Assembly (NCBI GenBank): GCA_051362555.1
Contig: CM120640.1
Location: 17,484,001 to 17,548,000, forward strand
Direction: 5' to 3'
DNA length: 64,000 nt
From: Lingula anatina
Lineage: Eukaryota; Animalia; Brachiopoda
In this document: positions 12,848-23,490 of the stretch, piece by piece
How the letters are laid out: each line of letters begins with the position of its first letter
Position numbering within the stretch: position 1 is the first letter of the stretch
Translations under genes and position numbers: made by a program
Notes under the pieces: generated by a model
Database searches by the model: none
What the model was told of the DNA's origin: nothing
What the model saw: only the letters and a program-made list of their open reading frames with translations

Positions 12848-15823
12848 CTACGACACAAAATATCTCAGAATTCCACGAATAAAAGGAGTGAGCGTTGCTG
12901 GCTCACGCTCATACGCGTGCATAATAGGCATCATGGATGCTGCAAACACCACAACGGACCCATAAGGAATGTACTTACAAAAGCCCTTTTCCAACCCTAG
13001 TAGAAAGAGAGCATTGATGGTGTGAGGAATAAGAAACATGGCAAGTTCCTTTCTTCGTGACGCCCTCTCAAATAAAACACTCAGTCCGCAAGTGAGGCCG
13101 GCCAGTAGTGGGATGTATGCCGGCAGTGGGGGAGGCTTGCCCGACATATTCCTAAGCAAACATATAACGTACTTGGCTAGCATTACCATTGCTGACAGAA
13201 AGGTGGCTGACATCACAACGTTCTTCAATAGGGACTTGAGTACTTTTTTAGGCCTGGAAAATAAAATGGAAATGAAATATCTTCATGATCAAATTGAGGA
13301 ACCTTCACTTGATTTTAAAATTGACCAAAAAGACAAAGTTAACAAGTATGAAAATGTTACTCAAGGGAATGAATATTTTATTTTTCATCAAATTCTTTAT
13401 AACAAGAAATAACCTCTGAAGGAAGAGGAAAAAAGAGAGAAAGAAAAAAAGAAAATTAGCCATATAATAAGCGCCGCTTACTGTTGACGTAAAAGTTTTC
13501 TCTTGAACAGAAGAATTGGCGCCACATGAATAGGTAGATACAACTTGGCAAACCCCGGCCAACTTTGCAGCAAGTCAAGGAAGGCATGTCTAGTGCACGT
13601 ATTGTCGTGGATTTCACCACGCGCGCACGAGACGAACACGCTTCCTTGCTTTCTGAACACCTTCTCCAGGTTAGAGTTCGTGTAGTCTCTGGACCACTTG
13701 AGTACCGAGTAGTAGTAGCCTTTTTGTAGCAGTTGTGGTTTAAGGGCGGTGCAGTAAACCATGAAAGAACAACAGAGGCAAAACAGGGTGGTGTAACCAT
13801 GGGGAATAGGGCGGACCACGCCCTGGCGGTTTGCGGCATCTGCAAGAACACCTACAGCACGGGCCAGTGCAAACAGAGCAATAGTTCTTCGTCTCATATT
13901 GCTCTCCACAAAGAGTGACAGGCCAGCAATACCCCCAGATATGACATAGTTCATTCCATTCTATAATATAGGATAAAAAAAAACAACCTGTACATGAATA
14001 CACTGCAAACATACATGCAATACTGTAGTTTAATCATTTTATTCATTCACTAAATCGATGCGGGTTGGACAGAATCAATGAAATATCATGTTAAAAAATG
14101 GTTACCTAACAAACAGAAAGAACGCCGCCTAATAAGTTAATCCACCAAGAGTATAGAAAAAAAATTAAAATTGTTAAAGCACATGTAAATTTACCTTCTT
14201 CAGATCGTAATTCTGACATAGTTTAAGAAACAAGTTGTACAATGCCGGGTAGAGACCAAGGAAAGAGGCAAAACGGAAACAATCTTTGCTGAATAGCTCT
14301 TTCCACAGTGGCGGATAGCTGCAGATATCAAAATGTATATATATTAGAAAAGACACGAGGAATCGTGTCTCTTCCAGAGCCATAGAGAATTTTTCACTAG
14401 ATATTCACAGATATATCTCTAGCAAATTCTGTGCATATTACTGTGTCCAGGGGAAATTTATTTACAGCATTTCAAAAAAGACGTCACCACTCAGCTTGCT
14501 CTGGGGAGAGTATATGAATGACCCTAAGCATCTTCGGTGTTACATGACATAGCCTAACCGCCCTGTGCTTAGATATTTATGTGTTCTATTATGGCTATGG
14601 GAGATTGCTGCTTTGAGAAAAGTACAGCTTATTTCATATATATGCGTTGCCTGTTATTGTATACGATTTAAATTAGTATAAATGGCAAAGAAAAGTGTTC
14701 TTTCGAATAAATGTGATATTGAGGACACCTGTGGAGATAAAAAACAAGAAGGTCAATCGCGACCAGACAGTGCTGTAATCGGCATGCATTATATATATAT
14801 TCCCCAGGACATAAACTGATATTTCTCTGTAACTATAATAGCACCCTAGAAAGTCCACCAATGGAAATATTTCCGTGGCACTAATCAAATCAATCAAAAC
14901 GAAGCAATTCCCCACCCCGTGCCTTACCTATTATTAGTAAAATTGCCCACATCCTTATTTTTGCCACAATTAGATCTAGATTTTATTGTTTGTGAAGCAT
15001 CCCCGCTCCCTTAAGCAAAATCCTGAATACGTCCATGGCGACTATGGTTTTATACGGTATCATCCTTATCACTATGACAGTAGAACTAGGTTAAGTGTAC
15101 ACTCGTGGCCACGATTAAGTTCTAGTATATGTAATTATGTTCCGATAACAGACACAACACTGTCCGGGCACAGATTTATCAGTTAATATAGGCCTACCAT
15201 TGTTTTTCTATAGGGCGCACATACTCGTAAGTTCAAAAGGTCAATATTATATTGTTGGGTTGAAAATACATGTAGGCATATTTAGCATGCTAAACATGTA
15301 CATATACTAAAGAGCTCCCTCTAAACTCCCTATGAAGGTCTGTTGTACCCTTTCTACCTAGAAAAGCACTGTCTCAATGAAAATTTGTGCTTATTCCTCA
15401 TCCCCTTACGTATGACATGATGTAAGACATATCTACTGTATAATATAAGCGTATGAGAGGCGTACTCGCCGGCAACTTATTTATATATAAGTATGAACTA
15501 CCTCTAAGGCAATCGATCGCACAAAGGATTATAAATGATGATGTGTTTTCACCAGGAATAGACTGTTCTATTGTGTTATATTGAAGCTATGTCACCGTCA
15601 TACAGAAAAAAATAAAATCAAATACATAAATTTACCGCTTTCTGAAAGGATTTTTCATAAGAGCTGTTATTATCTTGAAGGCGGCATATAAACCAAATCC
15701 GCTACCAGCACCTTTACAAAAAATCTGCAATGCATCTTTGAAATTAACTCTCCTTTCCTTCTTTCGGTCGACATTTTCCGAGAATGTCCGAGGTCCGTCT
15801 CCACTGTATGCATTGGTTGCCAT
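12848..15823 (-). CDS. TMEM135-like (Tim17/Tim22/PMP24-related) multi-pass membrane protein, 4 exons, 398 aa
   Basis: Exons 15823-15636, 14318-14195, 13960-13482, 13253-12848 all have GT-AG borders with compatible phases (2,0,2) and total 1197 nt. Motifs ISGGIAGLSLFVESNMRRRTIALFALAR, C..GEIHDNTC...FAKLYLPIHVAP and GLSVLFERASRRKELAMFLIP are characteristic of the TMEM135 family. Confidence 0.85.
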
Positions 15824-16494
15824 TATAGTGTCTCACACATCCCGTGACTGAAAGATGTTGATATCGTGATGATTGGTTACTTGTAAGTTCTGCGCATATG
15901 ATATGTGTTTATCTTCACCCGTATTCTATAGATTGTGATTATCGTCTAAAATAACACAATTAGTGCGTATCCGTTGTAGTTGTATCTTTATTTAGTTTAC
16001 CTCTTAATTTTAATGATTTGTGTCTTATTTGTAAAGGTTTGACCAATTAATTAATAAATTTAATGGCGTAGGAACCGGGGGGGGGGGGGGGGGCTGATAG
16101 AGTTAGCTCCTCCCCTCGGCTTTCGTCAACCTCATCAGCCCTAAGCGCAGGAAGGGGGGAGGGAGTTATTGGTCATGTCAACTTATTTGAGTCAAATAAA
16201 TATCAATAAGTCATTGAAATAAATTGCGAGCTGACACCAAAGTCATCCGAAGTCCAACTTCATTAAGTAATTTTTGTCCTTTCCGCCACCCGCTCCTTTC
16301 CGTTGCCTAAAATTTCGATCGTCCAGTCTCAGAATACCTTTCGGTCCTACAAAACAGACATCGTTTTGGGAGAAAAAAGCCTTGATCTTCATTTAATGAT
16401 ATAATGATATACCGAAATAGTATATAATAATGCTGAGAAATTACAACAAAGAAAGAACGGGACATGTTCAAATGAACGCATATTGTAAAATGTA

Positions 16495-16779
16495 TTTTTA
16501 CCTCCGCCAAGGAGGTTATGTTTTTGGTTCCGTTAGTTTGTCTGTCTGTCTATCTGGTCGTCTGTTAGCAACATTACAGAAAAAGTTATGGACCGATTTT
16601 GATGAAATTTTCAGGAACTGTCAGAAGTTTTTGGTGGTGATCAGGATCAATAATCAATCAATAATCAAAAATAAAAAAAACTAAATCAGTATAGAAATGA
16701 AAATTTAGGGGTGAAACGGCATTGGGTGGAGACTTTGCTGCCTTGGCGGAGGTCTGCGCTCTCGGAGTGCTTTTCTAGC
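16495..16779 (+). mobile_element. Non-autonomous Helentron/HINE-type element, family A, complete
   Basis: 5' tacctccgccaaggaggttatg hairpin, (TGTC)n microsatellite, 3' subterminal inverted repeat ccttggcggaggt, short palindrome and CTAG end. Relatives at 35915 and 43771. Confidence 0.8.
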
Positions 16780-16974
16780 TTATCTTTATTTTATTGGCTT
16801 CTTTCATTCTCCCCAATCACTCCTAAATATCCATAGTGTCCACCAACCTACTCACCTAACAGTTTGTTAGCTGCGCAGTACGGGCCGGGCCTGTGGCAGC
16901 GTTTAAGCTTCAACATTTGCTTCTAATAGCCTCAATCATTAAGGATTTCATGCACAAAAACGTGCTATTAAAAG

Positions 16975-16976
16975 GT

Positions 16977-17015
<39 letters not shown>
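16975..17015. repeat. (GT)n microsatellite
   Basis: Direct reading of about 20 GT units with one interruption. Confidence 0.95.
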
Positions 17016-17016
<1 letters not shown>

Positions 17017-17104
17017 ACATGCCTGTATATTTGAAGTATTTTATTACCCATTCAAAGGATCGTTGCAGTGAGATTGTGGGTGGTGAGATAAAGTTATTTA
17101 ATAA

Positions 17105-18886
17105 ACAAGGCAGCAAAGCTGTCAAATGTACAGACAAAAAACAGGAAATAACTATGCACAAAATAGGCTACTGTCAATTCTGATGCAAAAATACATTATG
17201 TTGAATTGCAAATTCAACATCAAATTTTAATTATCCTCAACAGGTAATACCAATGTAATTAAAATATGTGACAAGTTTACACTTTGAAAATGTATAACTT
17301 CCAGAAAAAGAAGTCACTTAGACTGCTTTTCCAACTCAGACTGCATTTTAGTCCTGTATTTCTTTTTTGAAAGTTTGGCAATCATAAGTAACATGGTTTT
17401 CCCATAATGGTGATCATGGCAGCAGCACCCAAAATTGTGTTTTCTTCTATTCTGATGCCATATTACATAATGGTTATCAGCATAATGACCGTCAATTTTT
17501 AATAATAAAATATGCGTATCATGGATTTTCAGAAAATGTGACTAGCATGGGTCTTCAAGCCCGTGGAACTTCAAAGTCACACCTTGAAAATGCCAATATG
17601 TGAAAAATTAAATTTTCACAAAATAACTGTTTAACTGGCAGTAAGAACTACCAAACAGACTGTATTTCCTACTGAAGCTGTATTTTAGTCCCATGTTTCT
17701 TTCCTGTAAGTTTGAGAACAGTAAATGACATGGTTTTTCTTAAATGGTCATCATGGGAGCAGTGCCCAAAATAGTTTTTTTTCCAAATTTTGATGCAATA
17801 TTACATAATTTTTAACAGCATAATGACCATCAACTTTAATAATAAAATATTAGTATCATGGACAAATAGTAAACGTGACTAACAAAGGTTTTTAGGCCAA
17901 TGGAACTTCAAAGTCACACCTTAAAAATGCCAAAATGTAAACAAGACTGCACTGTTCTGAAATGGGTTTATTTCCATTTTTAACACTTTTTTTAACATAA
18001 AACAAAATTAATAGGTTACTGCCATTTTTATAAGATCAACTAAGAAAATTGATGAGATGTGAAAAATATTAATAGAACAGTGTTAAATGTCCAATTTCTT
18101 CCATTCTGAGATTCTGAACATAGTGAATGATTGAATCTGACAAACTGCAATGATATGAGTTTATTTCCATTTTTGACACTTTATTACATAATACACGATA
18201 ACAAGTTTACCATCATTTTTACATAATCAACTAACAATGTTGTAAAGATGCAGGAAATGTCAAACAAACACTTTTACGTATCTTATTACTTAAATAATAA
18301 GGCTATTAACATGCCTAAGAATTAAATCTGAGGAAATCTGAGGAAATGAGAAAAAACAGCATAACTTCTAAAATAATGGCCCCATTATGCTCATTTTCGA
18401 AATCAACCTGCGTTTTAGTAAGATTGACCATTCCTGTGAGTTTAATGACAATTGGCCTATCTGTTTTTCTTATATTGTGTTTACAGTGTTGCATATATGC
18501 TGAAAAATGAAAAAACAGCATAACTACTAAAATAGTGGCCCGATCATGCCGATTTTCGAACTTGACCTGCGTTTTAGTAAGATTGATTACTCCTGTGAGT
18601 TTCATGACAACAGGCCTAACGGTTTTCCTTAAAATGTGTTTACAGGGTTGCATATATGCTGAAAAGTGAAAAAACAGCATAACTTCTACAATAATGGCCC
18701 GATCATGCTGATTTTCGAACTTGACCTGCGTTTTATGAATATTCATCAGCTCTGTAAATATAAATCCAAAAAGTAAAACTGCCCTCCACTTATCGTGTTT
18801 ACAAGGAAAGTGCACGGCGCCGGCGACGGCGACGACAGACGCAGGTGATGGCAATGTGTACAGACACATCTGTGTCTGTACATAAA
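17105..18886 (-). mobile_element. Helentron/HINE-type element, family B, with ~160-bp (x3) and 337-bp (x2) internal tandem arrays
   Basis: Reverse complement of the element starting at 32895. It has the terminal palindrome tgtacagacacatctgtgtctgtaca (~18858-18882), a GACGGC microsatellite, and a subterminal repeat aatgtacagaca at ~17126. gaacttcaaagtcacacctt recurs 337 bp apart. Confidence 0.85.
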
Positions 18887-19385
18887 AATTATGATAATAA
18901 TGGGGCCATTTGGGCAGCCATACCATACTGTGCATCAAATTTGTATTACACGCACTTGTACATCAGCATTACATGGGTATAGCATAAGTACTATCCAACT
19001 TAATAGTGCAGGAGAGTGCCAGATGCACACAGTCACTCCTCAAGAGAGACAAACGTAGATTTTAATCATTTTAATCCAAAATTCCAACATACATCTTCAA
19101 CTGATAACAAATAACAACATCATATCCATTTTTCTCTAGATTAAAGGTGCACTTGGCCCCACTCCCATAGACACTACTGATAGTACTGGTCTACGTGGAT
19201 CTACCCAACTCTGTGGGGACTCGCACTGATAGCAGTCACCTTAACTGAATCACATGGCTCCTCCTGGTGTTGAGTAAAATACAGAAAAGCTCATGATTAT
19301 ATGAGCACGTTGGACACAAAAGGAGGCGTGTCATTCACTTGAGCTGATTGCACTTAGCAAGAGTCCAGAAGTGATGGGTCAATCA

Positions 19386-19702
19386 CAGGCCTACCCAACT
19401 ACCAGACTCGGCACCGAATGTTCCTGAATTCACCGGTAAATCGGACCGAACTACCCGTTTTCAAGGTGTGTATCAGTACGCATTTCACAGTATCAGATGC
19501 GACACTGCTCTTGCCTAGTACGCAATGTGATAGTGACAATTCTCAGCGGGGTTGAAAAGCATTGCATCACCACTCAAAATTTGTTCAGTGTATGATACTG
19601 TGTAATGCGTAATGACTCACACCTTAAAAACGGGTAGTGTGGTCTGATCTACCGGTGAATTCAGGATCATTCGGTGCCGAGTCTGGTAGTTGGGTAGGCC
19701 TG
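19386..19702. mobile_element. Fold-back MITE with ~110-bp TIRs and 5-bp TSD (AATCA)
   Basis: caggcctacccaactaccagactcggcaccgaatg... is mirrored by ...cattcggtgccgagtctggtagttgggtaggcctg. AATCA occurs at 19381-19385 and 19703-19707. Confidence 0.9.
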
Positions 19703-19734
19703 AATCACTGCATATCAATGGTGTCTATGAGAAC

Positions 19735-19958
19735 GGGGTATTACATTTTGATGTGGAAGGTTATTACGTGAGATTAAACCAGTGATACAAATAATTTCAA
19801 GGCAAACTTGTTTAAGTCCTCACTTGTTGTATAAGAAACACTGAAACAATGGGGTATTACATTTTGATGTGGAAGGTTATAACGTGAGATTATAGCAGTG
19901 ATACAAATAATTTCAAGGCAAACTTGCTGAAGTCCTCACTTGTATAAGGAACACTGAA
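19735..19958. repeat. Two-copy tandem duplication, ~116-bp unit
   Basis: ggggtattacattttgatgtggaaggttat...acactgaaa occurs at 19735 and 19851, near identical. Confidence 0.9.
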
Positions 19959-20526
19959 AAAAAAACAGTTATGTAAACAAATGATTTTGATGCTGTTAAC
20001 ACTGCCATAACAAAGTTAACCAAATGTCTTACTGGCCAATTTTGTCTTAAAATCACTAATTATAAAAATCTGCTACTGCAGTGTGTTATCTTAAGTTGCA
20101 ATCATGCAGAATTGAAGACTGAGATCAAATTGAAAATGCAACTTTGGTCTATATCACAAGAATCCATAGTATATCCCTAAAAAAATCCTTTACACTGGTA
20201 AATATAAACTGAATATTTTAACTGGTATTCCTCTTTAGACTAACTTGAGGACGAAGACAACTTGGTGACATCCATCTATGCAGCTTGGGATGAACACAAA
20301 AAGCAGATGGACTTGTTAATGGATTGCTAATAATATTAAGCACAACATCATTACATACAATTATGTTGTAATTAAAAAAATATCAGTTATAAAGGACAGT
20401 ACTGGTCAAAATGTACGTCTTAAACCATCAAAATCTGTTAGTTTAGCATTAGCAAATATATCTGCACTCCACAAGTAAGGATGAAAATTTAGTCAACTCT
20501 GTTGCGAGACCCACTGACTACTTTTA

Positions 20527-20702
20527 TCAACTCCAGCGCCCCCTTTCAGGTTGGCGTTCTCTGGGTGTGGCTGTAATAATGGTATCCACACGGAGTATCA
20601 TCTCAGCAGCCTCTGCAGCAGACAACAGCATGCAGCTCTTAACTTTGAAGGACTCTGTCACTTGGCAATTTGACATATCACCAACTTTGCCGTGCTTCAT
20701 GT
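20527..20702 (-). CDS. CCT2: Duplicated alternative terminal coding exon (16B) of CCT2
   Basis: tttttttctcatag|AC acceptor in the same phase (1) as the proximal terminal exon. It encodes [58 protein letters not shown], 31/56 identical to exon 16A, with an intact frame. Confidence 0.8.
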
Positions 20703-20848
20703 CTATGAGAAAAAAATGACAAAATTGCGCTTTTTTTAACAAGTTGAAGTCTTGCTTAGATAATGTCATATGGCTGAAGGTTCATTGATTTGAAAAATAT
20801 GTCCAAACAAATGCTAGGACACTGTTTCAACAAATCATCAATAAGGTG

Positions 20849-21007
20849 CAGGCCCGTAGCCAGCAATTCCAAAAAGGGGGTTCTTTTTTTGAGAAAGTGG
20901 ACCTTTTCCAATAAAAACTTCTTGTACCTAGATCAAATTTTAACCAGAGTGGACCTTTTCCCAGCAAAAGCGGCGGTTCTTTTGAACCCCCCCTGAACCC
21001 CCCCTGA
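20849..21007 (+). mobile_element. Truncated hAT-like MITE fragment
   Basis: Starts caggcccgtagccag, has repeated agtggacctttt motifs and gaacccccc repeats. A degraded reverse-orientation relative appears near 49310-49495. No right TIR seen. Confidence 0.45.
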
Positions 21008-21782
21008 GGTGTTCTGTTTCACAACAGTTCAACCCAATGGTCTTAAATTTTTCGGAGAGAATTTGCCCACAGACACTTTGGACAAATGATTTCTCATGAA
21101 TTCTTTCATACCGAGAAACCTTCAGACATAGCATCACATGTTCACTTGGCACCATTTTTTGTATGAATATATTTTTTTCATTCTGTACAATTTTATAAAG
21201 AAATTTACTAAAAATTTCTACCTTTATAAATAACCACTGGTAATGAAATGACACACATGACAGTAAAGTACTACGACTTGTTTTAAATTGAAAGATGTTA
21301 GATATTAAAATTAGAATACTACTACTACTGTGTTGTTTTTATAACTGTGTTAGGACTGGCCATTGCACCTGGTATGGCAAGGGGCTGAATTGGTAAAAAG
21401 CACAGGGAGCTAATTTTTGTAACAAAGAAAGTGCTTTATGACCAATTAACAACACCAGTATGCCTAAAATATCTTGTTTCACAAATTTTTAAGTATTTTG
21501 CCACAACAACTTGCATCCTATGCCAAAAAGTTTTAGGTCAATGCAAGCATCAGTTTTATATTTACCTCTGTGTGCACCAAACATTGTTGCACATAGGTAA
21601 TTTGTTGGTAGCTCCCAAAAGGTGATAAACCAAAATAGTTCCATTTGCCAAGCAAAAAAGTTTTATACAAATATTATAACAAGTACATAAATTGAGCACA
21701 TTTAGACACATACCCCAACAATCTCACCTGCACTTGATTCCCACATGGATAGATACAGTTAGTGAAAAAGCTTACAAAATCA

Positions 21783-22260
21783 ACAAGCAGCAAAGCTGTT
21801 AAATGTACAGACATAAAGCAAATAATGATGCACAAAATCGGTTTGTTGTCAATTTTGATGCAATTTTACATGAAAATTAAAAACAAAATCAACACAACAG
21901 TTAATTCGGACATAAGGATTATTTAAGTGGCAGTAAATAAGAAAATATGTAGGTAAAGTCATATTCAAAATCTTCATATGACTTTTGGTCAGGCTTCTAT
22001 ACTAACTTTTCCAATATTTCCTACGGATTGGGAGAAATCTTATTATTCTAATATTGCTTGAAACCATTTAATTTTAAAAATATGCTAAAAAAAGGGAAAA
22101 AAAGAGCATAACTTTTGGAAAAAATGGTCCTATCACACTCTTTTTTGAACTGGACCAGTTAAATGGTTTTTTACTTATAATATCATCTCTGAAAGTGCAC
22201 TTTGAGCCAAGGACAGACACAAGTGATGGCTGTATGTACAGACGCTGTCTCTGTACATAA
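21783..22260 (-). mobile_element. Short diverged copy of HINE family B
   Basis: Both ends match 17105-18886: acaagcagcaaagctgttaaatgtacagaca at the left and the palindrome atgtacagacgctgtctctgtacat at the right. Confidence 0.65.
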
Positions 22261-22544
22261 AAAAAGTCTACTTTTTGAATTATCTAAATATGGTTGTTAT
22301 TCCAGTACTCACCATTTCATACAGACTTCATGCTCCACTCAACTGAGGTTCGATTATGCATGAAATGCTGAATAAGCTGCATGCAATGCGTGGTATTGGA
22401 AAGTGAATTAAATTATTTTGAGGGCAGACAACTTTGGCTAAATCTATACTTTTTATTTTTAGTTGTTATCCAAATTTTAGCACGTAATGAACAATATGCA
22501 CCTCTTACTATGTCAGCAACCCTGCAATATCTGTTAAACTTTTG

Positions 22545-22900
22545 TTTAGTTGGTAAGTTTGCAGTTATTTCATAAAATATACAAGTTTTTGACAACAAAG
22601 AATGATGGCCCCGATGCCTAAGATCTTTATTGAATAGCTCATTTACTGGTTTAACTTCAAAACATTTCCCATTTCTTTCTAAGTCAAATTCTATAAGATT
22701 TACGATTTGGATTCATGTAATACATTAGTTGCTGGTTAATTGGTAGGTTTGCATTCATTTCACAAACTGTTCAACTTTTTGATAATAAAGAATGATTGCC
22801 CTGGTGCCTTTTAGATTTATATTAAATAGCTCGATTTCCAGAGTTTTTCCCAGTTAAAATTCTAAAAGATTTACAATTTGAATCCATATAATTCATTAAC
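22545..22900. repeat. Diverged two-copy tandem repeat, ~190-bp unit
   Basis: ttggta(a/g)gtttgca...aaagaatgat...aatagctc...aaattcta.aagatttac.atttg is repeated from ~22545 and ~22735. Confidence 0.7.
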
Positions 22901-23490
22901 AAAGTTGAAGCCAAGTTAAACTAAGTAGTGGGAGACTATACTTTGGTCACCAAAACGAGGCACAAAATTACATATTTCACATATTCAAGCTCTTATTAAA
23001 AATAAAACCAAAACTAACTTTTTCACATTTGTTTATTTTTTATAAATACACACAAAGCAGTTGTCACTCCAAGATGATATATAATGCAACATTCAACAGC
23101 AATAAAATATTTATACTAAACAGCATAGTCCATTTTACCTCATGATCAATGGTCTATTTTTTCTTTGGTCCACCTACAAAACAAACTTCCAGAACATCTT
23201 CAAGACATGCTTATATAGTGTATAGTCTTGCTGATATGACTCTAGGCACATTCATATTACCTGAAGATTGAAGTACACATGCAACTAAGATGACTTTATC
23301 ATGATAGTGCAAGCACAGGAAAACAAGTGAAATATAGCAGTTATTTGACAAGTTGGTTCAGTCAAATTTCCCAAATGTGCCTTGAAAAGACTTGCGTTGT
23401 GGATCCAAAAATTCACACTGCACATCAAATTTCTCTCTTCTAGATAAGTCTAAAGCATGACAGACTGACTGACAGACAGACAGGTGACAC

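Noticed and set aside
16066-16165. G18 run and G-rich tract as a promoter G-quadruplex of the TMEM135-like gene
   Set aside because: The atggcgtaggaacc-poly(G) start looks like a common MITE terminus fragment, and nothing in the sequence supports a function.
18315-18938. 207-aa ORF with internal repeats, and the similar ORFs at 32992-33702
   Set aside because: They are translations of the ~161-bp satellite; the frame shifts between units and there are no protein motifs.
20527-20769. Exon 16B as a standalone 80-aa gene or processed pseudogene
   Set aside because: Homology starts exactly at the splice acceptor and no other duplicated CCT2 exons are nearby, so it fits an alternative terminal exon better.
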